A DNA stretch of 64,000 bases from contig OZ024742.1 in NCBI GenBank assembly GCA_964016885.1, forward strand, positions 345,588,001 to 345,652,000, in the 5' to 3' direction. Below are positions 24,675-37,224 of this stretch, piece after piece. Source of the stretch: Eledone cirrhosa. Taxonomy: Eukaryota. A program made the position numbers and the translations under genes. A model generated the notes under the pieces. It was not told the DNA's origin, ran no database searches, and saw only the letters and a program-made list of their open reading frames with translations. How positions within the stretch are numbered: position 1 is the stretch's first letter; each line of letters begins with the position of its first letter.

Positions 24675-25678
24675 TCGCTCATATCTAGACATTAAATTTT
24701 CCAAAACGATCGCGCCAAGAATTCATTTCAAAATGGCTAAAAATCGTGACGTAGTCGCGGTCAAGTTGGAAGGGGTGTGGTAGTTGCTTACGACTGGTGG
24801 CATTTTTGCTAGAAAGCACAGCACAATACAGCCAAATTTTTATCTCAACCTAGTGGGAGATTATTACATATAAAAGTTTACATATATATGTATACATACA
24901 CATACATATACGTGTCTTGCAACCGGTCACTTTGTGGCTCAATGAAAATTTAATAAATTAAACAATCAGAGCTATATATCATAAAACATGTCTATAGAAT
25001 CACAAGATAAAATTATTAAATAATTATTGGAAAACTCTATTGGAAAACTCAATTATTACATAATTATTGGAAAACTCAAAACACGGACGAAACCATGGTA
25101 GAGGTATTTAAATGTATTCTATTTTCTCCTAGTTTATTTTAAACCTAATTCTGCTTAGTTGACTGTATCTAGGCGATTACGCTGTCGAAATATTCGATAA
25201 ATATTCCACTACGGCCGACGCGAAGCACTAGTTTTTGTTATTTGTCGGAGATTCCTTCACAGAAGCCTCATTCGTATAGCCTGGTCTATTCGATTTTTTA
25301 TATAGTTAATTATGCTAATTGGGAGAGGAAATAGTATATATTTTATCTTGTGATTCTATAGACATGTTTTATGATATATAGCTCTGATTGTTTAATTTAT
25401 TAATTTTTCATTGAGCCACAAAGTGACCGGTTGCAAAACACGTATATGTATGTGTATGTATATATATATATGTAAACTGTTATATGTAATAATCTCCCAC
25501 TAGGTTGAGATAAAAATTTGGCTGTATTGTGCTGTGCTTTCTAGCAAAAATGCCACCAGTCGTAAGCAACTACCACACCCCTTCCAACTTGACCGCGACT
25601 ACGTCACGATTTTTAGCCATTTTGAAATGAATTCTCGGCGCGATCGTTTTGGAAAATTTAATGTCTAGATATGAGCGA

Positions 25679-25766
25679 GCTTTCTGAAGAATCCGGCGCT
25701 CGAGTTTATATGATTATTACATAATTATTGGAAAACTCAAAACACAGACGAAACCCTGGTAGAGGT
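25679..25766 (+). ncRNA. Hammerhead, direct copy of the same family
   Basis: gcttt CTGAAGA atccgg...cagac GAAA ccctgg TA gaggt; two substitutions relative to the minus-strand copy. Confidence 0.62.
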
Positions 25767-26497
25767 ATTTAAATGTATTCTATTTTCTCCTAGTTTATTT
25801 TAAACCTAATTCTGCTTAGTTGACTGTATCTAGGCGATTACGCTGTCGAAATATTCGATAAATATTCCACTACGGCCGACGCGAACCGCTAGTTTTGGTT
25901 ATCTTGTGATTCTATAGACATGTTTTATTTTACATGATTCTATTTGGTTTATCTTGTGATTCTATAGACATGTTTTATGATATATAGCTCTGATTGTTTA
26001 ATTTATTAATTTTTCATTGAGCCACAAAGTGACCGGTTGCAAAACACGTATATGTATGTGTATGTATATATATATATGTAAACTTTTATATGTAATAATC
26101 TCCCACTAGGTTGGTTTATCTTGTGATTCTATAGACATGTTTTATGATATATAGCTCTGATTGTTTAATTTATTAATTTTTCATTGAGCCACAAAGTGAC
26201 CGGTTACAAAACACGTATATGTATGTGTATGTATATATATATATGTATACTTTTATATATATATATATATATATATATTTCAACTATTTCAATCATATCT
26301 TATTTTGTTTGACCCGTCTAGCTAGTTCGCTTTTTGGCTAAGGTGGTTAATGGCTTCTTAACCATCGTCTCAGTGTGTATGACCATTTTAACTTATGTTT
26401 GTAGCTCTGGTATCTTCATATCCATGGAGCGCTTGTCTGCACAATACATAAGTTGCGATTCGCTAATTTCTACACGCCGAAATGCGATTCTCGCTAA

Positions 26498-26554
<57 letters not shown>

Positions 26555-26659
26555 GATGGATTCAGACTACCCGATATTTGGTGTAGTAGATTATGGTTAT
26601 ATAAGAAAGAGTGGGGACCCCGACGGCTGAGCTCTTGCCATTTCAACAGTTGGGTCAAG

Positions 26660-26915
26660 GTAGCCTAATTTTTTAGATCGTTTTACACATGATCGTAATA
26701 TCGAGTGTTTGATTGCCTGAAAAGTTCCGTATGCTTGAGCAAGGCACTTTGATTCACATTGCTGCAGTCCAGTTAGAAAAGAAAGAGTTGTAATGTAAGT
26801 CTGAGGCAGACTCTTGTCATACACTGCGTCAGGCTGAATCTCCCGGTGAGATACGTTAAGAGTACACGTGTCTGTGGAATGCTCAGTTACCCGTACGTCA
26901 ATTACACGAGCAGAC
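26660..26915 (+). mobile_element. SINE family B copy (partial duplicate at 28615-28692)
   Basis: cttgagcaaggcacttt..cacattgctgcagtcca..ttgtcatacactg..tgaatctccc..acacgtgtctgtggaatgctcag. Confidence 0.68.
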
Positions 26916-27285
26916 TTTTCAGTACATCATACATCTACAGCATTCATCGTTCTAGTCGACGGAGATCCGTCGAAAGCGTGCGTTCGCTTCCTTACAGTTG
27001 CAGTGCATTCATTGGTTGCTTGGCTTCTGCTTCCAACTGTCAGAGTTAATGGAAGATATGTGTTGCTGTGGGTGGCAAGGGTGGATGGGATCGCTGTGGG
27101 TCGCAAGGGTGGGTGGGGCGACAGTATTGAAGTATGTCTGATGGGTTACTGAGGGCGGTTGGGCGGCAGTAGTAAATTATGTCGCACTCTCACACGAAAC
27201 AATGAAAAGTAAATAAAAAGTTTCACCAGTTGGTCGAATGGATCGATGTTCACATAGATAAATAAATGTCTATATATATTGTTAT

Positions 27286-27517
<232 letters not shown>

Positions 27518-28074
27518 GTGTGTATGTATGTATGTATGTATATATATGTATGTATGTATATATATGTGTATAGTGCGTCGGTGGAATATAATCCTGAAAG
27601 TATTAGCGTTAACAAGCGTACAGCTGGCCTTAAGAGGTGCTCCGTGAACTTCTATAAATCAAGAAAGTTGTGTACACACAGACACACACACACACATACA
27701 CACACACAGACACACACAGACACACACACAGACACACACAGGCACACACACACAGACCACACACACAGACAGACGCACAGACACAGGCACAAACACACAC
27801 TGACACATACACACACGCGCACACACACACAAACACACACACAAACACACACAGACACACACACAGACGCACACACACACACATAAACACAGACACACAC
27901 AGACGCAGACACACACGCACACAGACACATACAAACACACACGCACACAGCAACACACAGACACAAACACACACACACACAGACAAACACACACACACAT
28001 ACACACATACACAAACACACACATACACACACACATACACACACAGACACAGACACACATATACACACACACAT

Positions 28075-28170
<96 letters not shown>

Positions 28171-28961
28171 ATATGAATGTATGTATAGTATATTTGGCAA
28201 TATACCGTATGTTTAATTAAAAACATTTAGAAGACCCTACGCTAGCTCCTGATTATTACTGGAATTCTATAAGAATCCAGCTTCTATAATTATCGCCGAA
28301 TGCCAACCAGCCTGAAAGAAACTGATAGCGTAAGGTCTTCTAAATGTTTTTAATTAAACATACAGTATATTGCCAAATATACTATACATACATTCATGTA
28401 TACATTGCTATTTTAGAGCACCAATCCTAATATATATATATATATATATTAGAAAAAGTCGTGTCCCGTCGGCTGAGCTCTTGCCGTTTCAACAAGCCGT
28501 TGGGTCCTGACTTTTTATAATATAGTCAAACTCTACTATCCCAAGTATCGGGTACTCTGTTGAATAATGGATGGTCTTACTATATACTACTTTATATTTA
28601 TATATATATATATATCCTTGAGCAAGACACTTTACTTCACGTTGCTGCAGTCCAGTTAGAAAAGAAAGAGTTGTTATGTAAGTCTGAGGCAGCATTCATC
28701 GTTCTACTCGACGGAGATCCGTCGCACGCGTGCGCTCGCTTCCTTACAGTTGCAGTGCATTCATTGGTTGTTTGCCTTCTGCTTCCAACTGTCGGAGTTA
28801 ATGAAAGATATGTGTTGCTGTGGGTGGCAAGGGTGGGTGGGGCGACAGTATTGAAGTATGTCTGATGGGTCACTGAGGGCGGTTGGGCGGCAGTAGTGAA
28901 TTATGTCGCACTCTCACACGAAACAATGAAAAGTAAATAAAAAGTTTCACCAGTTGGTCGA

Positions 28962-28994
<33 letters not shown>

Positions 28995-29067
28995 TGTGTG
29001 TATGTGTGTATATAATTGTATATTTGTGTGTGTATATGTATGTATATGTGGATAAACCAGGCTTTTT

Positions 29068-29125
29068 TTCATTCTGAAGATTGAAGGAAACTTTTTTCGC
29101 TTTTAAGAAACCTCTGGTGAATGGA
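29068..29125 (+). ncRNA. Hammerhead motif with mutated cleavage triplet (GUG)
   Basis: TTCATT CTGAAGA ttgaag..cttttaa GAAA CCTCTGG TG AATGGA; homologous to 30675-30734. Confidence 0.6.
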
Positions 29126-29733
29126 TTAATTGCCTTGTATTGCTTCATTACTTTACTACTATATATACGTTTACGTAAGGTTCATTTGTCTTATCTAATA
29201 CTGAGCTTTACACATACACACATGTATATGTGTGTGTGTATGTGTATGCATGTGTATAATTGTTTAGCTATGTATGTATATGTGTGTGTGCGTTTATATT
29301 TTTATATTTTTGTATGTATATATATATATATATATATGTGTGTGTGAGTGTGTATATAATTACATATACATGTGTGTGTTTATATTATATACGTGTACGT
29401 GTTTGTGTATGTATGTGTATGTACGTGTTTATATATTTGTATATGTATATTTATGTGTGAGAGTGTGTGTATGTGTTTACTATTTCGTACGTATGTATAT
29501 GTGCTTTTGTGTGTATTACTTACCACGCGTGTCTGTCCTGTTAGCTGGGGCATGTATCGCTGTCAAAAATTTGTTAATATATATTTATATATTTTTTTCT
29601 TATATTTATTTGCGTGTGTGAATATGTAGTGGAGTGCATTCATGTATGTGTATGTATGTACGTTGTATGTTTGTGTGAATGTATGTATGTGTATATATAT
29701 GTGTGTGTGTATGTGTATGCTTGTACACACACA

Positions 29734-29808
<75 letters not shown>

Positions 29809-29933
29809 GTAGGAGGTGAGTTTTATTGTAGTACAATAAAGCAATGCAGATATCGGATAAGAAGCACTCTACAATTTGTAGGACTGGAGTATGCATAATA
29901 TAAGATCAAAAGATGGTTAAAGGAGTTCCATGT

Positions 29934-30002
29934 ATTTTATTATGCGCATTTCAAAAACAAACATCATCATGCAATAATATTTGTGTTTTCATCAGATAAA
30001 AC
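29934..30002 (-). ncRNA. Hammerhead ribozyme, mirror copy
   Basis: Reverse complement of 30123-30191. Confidence 0.82.
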
Positions 30003-30122
30003 AGGAGAACATGATATGAAGGCTAAAAAACACTTGTGGATAGTGCAGTTTTAAATCTACATATGTAGATTTAAAACTGCACTATCCACAAGTGTTTTTT
30101 AGCCTTCATATCATGTTCTCCT

Positions 30123-30191
30123 GTTTTATCTGATGAAAACACAAATATTATTGCATGATGATGTTTGTTTTTGAAATGCGCATAATAAAAT
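30123..30191 (+). ncRNA. Type I hammerhead ribozyme
   Basis: GTTTTAT CTGATGA AAAC-ACAAATATTA..TGATGTTTGT-TTTT GAAA TGCGCA TA ATAAAAT. Confidence 0.82.
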
Positions 30192-30222
30192 ACATGGAAC
30201 TCCTTTAACCATCTTTTGATCT

Positions 30223-30327
<105 letters not shown>

Positions 30328-30361
30328 TGTATATATATGTGTGTGTGTATGTGTGTGTGTG

Positions 30362-30398
<37 letters not shown>

Positions 30399-30674
30399 AT
30401 GAATGTATGTATGTGTATATGTGTGTATATATGTGTATGTGTGTGTAGGTGTACGCTTTATATATATATATGTGTGTATATGTATATGTGTATGCGTACA
30501 TTTATATATATGTATATATGTATGTGTGTGTAAGTATGCTTTTGTGTTTTTTTGTGTGTGTTTCCATGTGTAGTTTTATTTTATTTTTCCTTTCCTTCTC
30601 CCTTTTCCAGCCTCACTTTCATATAGATTGCATTTTTGTTTTTAGAATCCATATTCAATAAACAAACCAGGATT

Positions 30675-30734
30675 TTTCATTCTGAGGATTGAAAGCAAAA
30701 CTTTTTGCTTTTAAGAAACCACTGGTAAATGGAA
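30675..30734 (+). ncRNA. Type I hammerhead ribozyme, intact
   Basis: TTTCATT CTGAGGA TTGAAAGCAAA-act-T-TTTGCTTTTAA GAAA CCACTGG TA AATGGAA. Confidence 0.82.
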
Positions 30735-30864
30735 TAATTGCCTTATGTTGTTTATTACATAATAATAATAATTAAGCTCTGTTGCATACATAGAGCACTC
30801 TTTTTTCCTGGACTTTTCCGATGGAATTACTTCATTCACACATATATATATATATATATAAATG

Positions 30865-30932
<68 letters not shown>

Positions 30933-30940
30933 CATACATG

Positions 30941-30981
<41 letters not shown>

Positions 30982-31107
30982 AGTTATATTTAAAATTGTT
31001 GGGTTACAACTAGTAAATATTTATAACTGATATAAAAGCACTCGACAAATATTTGGAGTATATTTACAATATTAAATAAATGGAAACTATATTTATAAAA
31101 CCATATT

Positions 31108-31173
31108 TATTTCATTATATATATTTCAGGGATATCATATTAACAATATGCTATGCCTTCCTCAGACAAAATA
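31108..31173 (-). ncRNA. Hammerhead ribozyme, inverted pLTR copy of PLE 2
   Basis: Reverse complement of 33707-33772. Confidence 0.75.
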
Positions 31174-31277
31174 CAATATAAACAGTTTTATAGATAAATA
31201 GAATCGACATACCGTAATAACATCGACTTGCATTTGAAGAGGTTGATATGGCAGTGAAAAATAGTCAATTTCCTAGA

Positions 31278-32322
31278 ATAGTCAATTTCCTAGATATAAC
31301 ATTAAATCTCAACACATGTCTTCACTATCCTTTTCACAAGTTGAATGAAAACTTAAACTATGTCAACTTTAACTCTAACCACCCCAGATCTGTCAAAAAC
31401 ACTATAGTAAACTCCGTTCAAAAGCGTATCTCTAGGATCTCGTCGAATAGAAAGATTTTCGACGAAAAAGCCCAATACTATAATGAAGCATTAGCTAGAG
31501 CAGGATATGCTGATAAGATTGTGTACATAGATAATGATAGACAAACTAAACAAAGTAACAACTTTTTTAATTACGGCAACAACCTTAACAACTATAATAG
31601 AAAGCATTACAATAATTCCAAAGGCCAAAAAAGAAATAGAACTAGGAACATAATTTGGTTTGCCCCCCCCCCCCCCTTTCTCACTAAACATTAAAACCCA
31701 CATCGCTAAACTATTTTTCAAAGCTCTTGATAATCGCTTCCCTAGAACACATAGGTATCACTCAATTTTCAATAGACATACAATAAAATTAACCTACTCA
31801 TCCACCAAAAATTTAGCACAAAATATTAATAGAATAAATAATAGGAACTTAAAACCTAGTGATAATAGCATAAATAATATACAAGTTAACAAATGTAACT
31901 GTAGAGATAGATCTAAATGTCCGTTAAATAACAACTGCTTAGTTAAAAATATAGTATACAATTGCAATGTTAATACTGATTCTAATTCTTTTAACTACGT
32001 CGGTTCCACATCGACGGAATTTAAACTTCGCTATGATAACCACAAGAATTCTTTCACAGATCCAAGCAAAAAATCCTCAACGGCACTATCAGGCGTACTC
32101 TGGCAACTTAAGCTAGATAACGTTAGATATTCGACGGCTTGGAATATAGTCTCAAGAGGGATTCCTTTTAATTCATCCTCTGAGACATGTGACCTCTGCG
32201 CAGAGGAGATATTCTTTATACTAAAATCTAAAAATTCCCTTAATCTACGGACAAATTTATTCAGTTGTTGCAAACATAGATTAAACTCAACGTTTAAATA
32301 TAAATTTAAATTTAAAATGTAG
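31278..32322 (+). pseudogene. PLE RT thumb + zinc-linker + GIY-YIG endonuclease remnant
   Basis: VNFLDITLNL, SNHP, YNEALARAGY, IIWF.PP, CNCR..CPL..C, IVY..YVG...FKLRY.NH, CDLCAEE, SCCKH. One frameshift at the poly-C run near 31662-31676. Confidence 0.92.
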
Positions 32323-33706
32323 TATATTTAGTTTGATTTATATTTATATGGGAAACTAGCCGATAAATCTTTGATTCCTTCTTTTTATTCTTTTTTATTT
32401 TTTATTTTTATTTTATTTTTATTTAAACATTCCTCATGAAAAATTAAGCTACCCTAAAAGCTGATGCTCCAAATATTTCGAATAAACGTTACACTAGATA
32501 AACTTCTATATTAAATATAAGAACACATGTAGACCAAATTTGGGCATCCTAAACTTTTTGAAATGATCTTTGCTAGATGTGATTTGATAGATAATTTTTG
32601 GCTTTGTCTGTTTTTCGACTCTGATGCTTATAATGAACTTGGCAATATATTGTCAATTAATTTTGAAGGGTTGATCTTTGTGGTTTATTTTTATTTTTTT
32701 ATTATTGTAGTATTTTCTAATATTATTTTTTTATTATTGTAGTATTTTCTAATATTTTTATTTTTAATATTTTTAATATGTAAATTTTTTAATATGTAAT
32801 ATTTTTAATATGTAATATTCTTTCGTAATATTTTTTTAGTTTTCTATTTTATTATTACTTATTATTATTATTGTTATTTTTTAGTTTTGTTTCTGATATA
32901 TATTTTTATTAGTATATTGAAATCTGCTCTCTATTTCTGCTTGATAGATAATCTTGTAGAGTAAAGACAGGAATAATAATACTCATATATGTATACTCAA
33001 ATTTTTATACCACATTGAGAATGTTTTCCGTGAACTTAGGCTTTGCAGAATTGATCATGTAGATTCACATGGATGTTTGTAGCTATTACATAAACATGTG
33101 AATTTTTTTAAAAAACTAAACATAAGTTCATTAATTTTCACACACTATGGATACTTGTCTCATTCAGGAATACTGATATTTACAATATAGTGGATGTTTT
33201 ATAAATACTAATACCTCTACATTAAAACATAGGGTTTTTGCGCCTCGCATATATCTGGTTATTTTTAAATTTTTTCTCTCGCTATATTTTATTCTCTCTC
33301 TATATTTTTTTCTCTCTCTATGTATCTCCCTTACATTAATACTAGAGCTAAATAAATAAATAAATAAATGTATCATTGATACATTTACTCAACAGACCTC
33401 CCACTACCTAATTTTCTATATATATATGTATCTATCCTATTTCCTCTCTCTCTATATATATATATCTCTTTCTGTTTCTTTACATGAAGTTCTTCTCTTT
33501 ATCTATCTTTCCATCTCTCTATTTTGTTCCATGCATTTCTTCTTTTTCTTCCTTTTCTTCGTTTTCTGTCTTTCTTTCTTTTTTTTTTTTCCTCTCTTTC
33601 TTTCTCTCTGTGTACAATTTTTTCACTGCCATATCAACCTCTTCAAATGCAAGTCGATGTTATTACGGTATGTCGAATCTATTTATCTATAAAACTGTTT
33701 ATATTG

Positions 33707-33772
33707 TATTTTGTCTGAGGAAGGCATAGCATATTGTTAATATGATATCCCTGAAATATATATAATGAAATA
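33707..33772 (+). ncRNA. Type I hammerhead ribozyme in the pLTR of PLE 2
   Basis: Stem I TATTTTGT/ATGAAATA; CTGAGGA; stem II AGG..CATATT/AATATG..CCT; GAAA-TATATA-TA (palindromic stem III). Confidence 0.75.
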
Positions 33773-33809
33773 AATATGGTTTTATAAATATAGTTTCCAT
33801 TTATTTAAT

Positions 33810-33900
<91 letters not shown>

Positions 33901-34463
33901 TTATGTATGCATGTATGTATATATATATATGTGTATGTTTGTATGTATGTATATATGTATATATATATGTATGTATGTGTGTATGTATGTATGCATGTAT
34001 ATATGTATGTATGTATATATATGTGTATAGTGCGTCGGTGGAATATAATCCTGAAAGTATTAGCGTTAACAAGCGTACAGCTGGCCTTAAGAGGTGCTCC
34101 CTGAACTTCTATAAATCAAGAAAGTTATGTACACACAGACACACACACACACATACACACACACAGACACGCACAGACACACACAGGCACACACACACAG
34201 GCACACACACACACACACACAGACACACACACACAGACACACACACATAGACACACACACACAGACAGACACACATGTACTCACAGACACAGGCACAAAC
34301 ACACACTGACACACACACGGACACAGTCACGCAGACACAAACACACACACACACATACACAAACACAGACGCACACACACACACACACACACATACAAAC
34401 ACACACGCAGACACAAACACATACATACACTGACAAACACAGAGACACACATACACACATACA

Positions 34464-34579
<116 letters not shown>

Positions 34580-35048
34580 ATAACAAGTTATCGTTATAGG
34601 TATTCCAGTTAGAGGTTGTGAGTACTCTGCGTCGTAGATAGTTTTAACGTACGACTTTGTTTAACTCAACAAGATGTTTCCATAGTTATGCAGCGAGTTC
34701 GCGGTAATTTCTATGTAGGTTATACTTGGAGTAATAATAGTTAAAGGATGAAGAGTAACATGGTTGGCTGTACAATAAGGTCTTTACTTAAAGTACTGAC
34801 AATTGTTTCGTTGATCAGGTGAGTCTAGAGTTCGCTAATCGCTTGAGGATGCGTCATTATATAGGTATATACATATATATACATGTATATCCATATATAT
34901 ATGTATATATATATATATATAAAATGTAGGAGGTGAGTTTTATTGTAGCACAACAAAGCAATGCAAATATCGGATAAGTAGCACTCAACAGTTTATAGGA
35001 CTGGAGTATAAATAATATAAGATCAAAGATGGTTAAAAGAGTTACATG

Positions 35049-35119
35049 TATTTTATTATGCGCATTTCAAAAACAAATATCATCATGGGATGATATCTAC
35101 GTTCTCATCAGATAAAATA
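35049..35119 (-). ncRNA. Hammerhead ribozyme, mirror copy
   Basis: Reverse complement of 35238-35308 with one substitution. Confidence 0.8.
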
Positions 35120-35237
35120 GGGAGACATGATATGAAGCTTAAAAAACACTTGCGAGCAGTGAATTGTTTTTTAAGCTTATGTTGATTTAACACTTCACTG
35201 CTCGCAAGTGCTTTTTAAGCTTCATATCATGTCTCCC

Positions 35238-35308
35238 TATTTTATCTGATGAGAACGCAGATATCATCCCATGATGATATTTGTTTTTGAAATGCGCATA
35301 ATAAAATA
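35238..35308 (+). ncRNA. Type I hammerhead ribozyme
   Basis: TATTTTAT CTGATGA GAAC-GCAGATATCA..TGATATTTGT-TTTT GAAA TGCGCA TA ATAAAATA. Differences from the 30 kb copy mostly preserve pairing through G.U/Watson-Crick swaps. Confidence 0.82.
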
Positions 35309-35343
35309 CATGGAACTCTTTTAACCATCTTTTGATCTTATAT

Positions 35344-35393
<50 letters not shown>

Positions 35394-35568
35394 TCAGGTT
35401 TGAGGTTCACCACTGTATAGAGCTGGTCTATTCCGTATGGTCAATCGTAATGTAATAATATAGAGAGTACTCAACGTAAAGCAGTTCAACCGTCTTTGTT
35501 TTTGTAGTCAGTTCCTCGATTTTCAGCCCCATGGATTTTATCTATTACATTCACGTATTATATTTCGA

Positions 35569-35626
35569 ATACCTGATGATATCACCGGATTCATACGGAA
35601 CCCGGTCATTGAAATGATCATAGTAT
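35569..35626 (+). ncRNA. Type I hammerhead ribozyme in a short (TA)n-flanked element (about 35388-35675)
   Basis: ATAC CTGATGA T-AT-C-ACCGG..CCGGT-C-AT-T GAAA TGATCA TA GTAT; palindromic stem III. Confidence 0.82.
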
Positions 35627-35672
35627 AATAAACCTTTCAAGGATTTACACAAATCCAGCCTCCTGTCATTTC

Positions 35673-35753
<81 letters not shown>

Positions 35754-35893
35754 GAAAGGTATAGAAAACATTGTAGCGAAAAGCCAACAGTATTCCATAA
35801 TATAATATATATATATTATATACATACGCACACATTCGAACACAAATTTCTCAGTCGCATATATATATATATATCTATCTATATATATATATG

Positions 35894-35968
<75 letters not shown>

Positions 35969-36111
35969 ATTAAAATACTGGAGCGTGTTGGAGTTAAACA
36001 CCCTCTTCGTATTATAGAAATGACAGTAAAAGGTATAGCTCAATGTAATTAAACAGAGCCGAAGAATTATGAAAATAAAACAAAGAAGCCTTCAATACAT
36101 CAAAAGTCTTT

Positions 36112-36156
36112 ATTAGCCAACAATGTTTCGTCCTATTAAGGACTCATCAGGGCAAT
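36112..36156 (-). ncRNA. Minimal type I hammerhead with canonical stem II
   Basis: Minus strand: ATTGCC CTGATGA GTCCT-taat-AGGAC GAAA CATTG TT GGCTAAT. Confidence 0.82.
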
Positions 36157-36774
36157 CAAAACCACAAGAAGCACTATCGGCCAATACAAGCCGAAAACTC
36201 CGAAGAATATGGAGTATACAAACACTAAAGTATTGGAAGATTATGGGTAAAAATATATAATAAAATTCACTAAGGAGGTGGATAACATTTTGAACCATAT
36301 TACAAATATAGTCCAAAGCAAAAAACTAGAGCTAAACAAATGTGGTTATATAGAGCGGGAATTATAATACTATATGTAATACAATATAATATAATATAAT
36401 ATACTTGTAACAATATAAAAATTAAAATTAAAATTAAAAGGCACATTATACATATGTATATATATACGCACACGTACGCACATATACATATACATCAATA
36501 CACATTTCCATAATTAACAGCACAAATTAAACCTTATTAAGAGTTTAAATATAAATAAGCATAATAGGAATAAAAATAAAAATAATATGTATATCAAATA
36601 TACAGTATAACATGAAGTAATGAAATGATTAAAAGTAACACATATAATATATAAACTATATAATTATATAATATATTATATAATATAATAGATAATCTCC
36701 GGTTAATTTGCACAAACAATATACATGTCACAATAACAATTATTGTGACATCTATATTGTTTGTGTAAATTAAC

Positions 36775-36875
36775 CGGATGAAAGGCAAAGTCAACCTCGG
36801 CGGGATTTGAACTCAGACCGCAAAGGGACGTAACTATGCTGGAAAGCATGGCGTCCGACCCTCTACCTATACTGC
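36775..36875 (-). mobile_element. tRNA-derived SINE (family A), partial
   Basis: ggatgaaaggcaaagtcaacctcggcgggatttgaactcag. Confidence 0.72.
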
Positions 36876-37224
36876 CCATAATAAAATTTAATCTGGTATT
36901 TTAATAAATATATATATACGTATGCGTGTGTGCATGTTTCTATATATGTGTGTGTGTATATATACGTGTGAGTGTGTGTGTGTGTGTGAGTGTATATATG
37001 TGTGTGTGAATGAGTCTGCGTGTGAGTGTGCCGGTGTGTGAGTGTGTGTCTGTGTGTGTGTCTGTGTGTGCGTGAGTGTGTCTGTATGTGAGTGTGTCTG
37101 TATATATGTGTGTGTCTATGTGTGTGAGTGAGTGTATTTGTGTGTGCTGCGTGTGCCTGTGTGTGTGTGAGCGTGTCTGTGTATCTATGTGTCAAGGCTC
37201 TCACGATCATCAATATTAAGTGGA

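Larger units (their letters stand above)
24316..26255. mobile_element. Non-coding pLTR-like element: about 660-bp unit in inverted then direct tandem copies, HHR-bearing
   Basis: 24316-25012 is the reverse complement of the unit running about 25053-25900. Partial re-copies at 25900-26255. (TA)n flanks. Confidence 0.8.
31020..33813 (+). mobile_element. Second Penelope-like (Naiad-like) element, 5'-truncated, with inverted pLTR
   Basis: 31067-31261 is the reverse complement of about 33620-33813. Coding remnant in between, 16-bp duplication (tagtcaatttcctaga) at the inversion junction, (TA)n flanks. Confidence 0.9.
34925..35347. mobile_element. Second copy of the fold-back HHR element, with a different fold-back point and about 30-bp spacer
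   Basis: Homologous to 29808-30230; arms at about 35013-35163 and 35193-35347. Confidence 0.85.
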
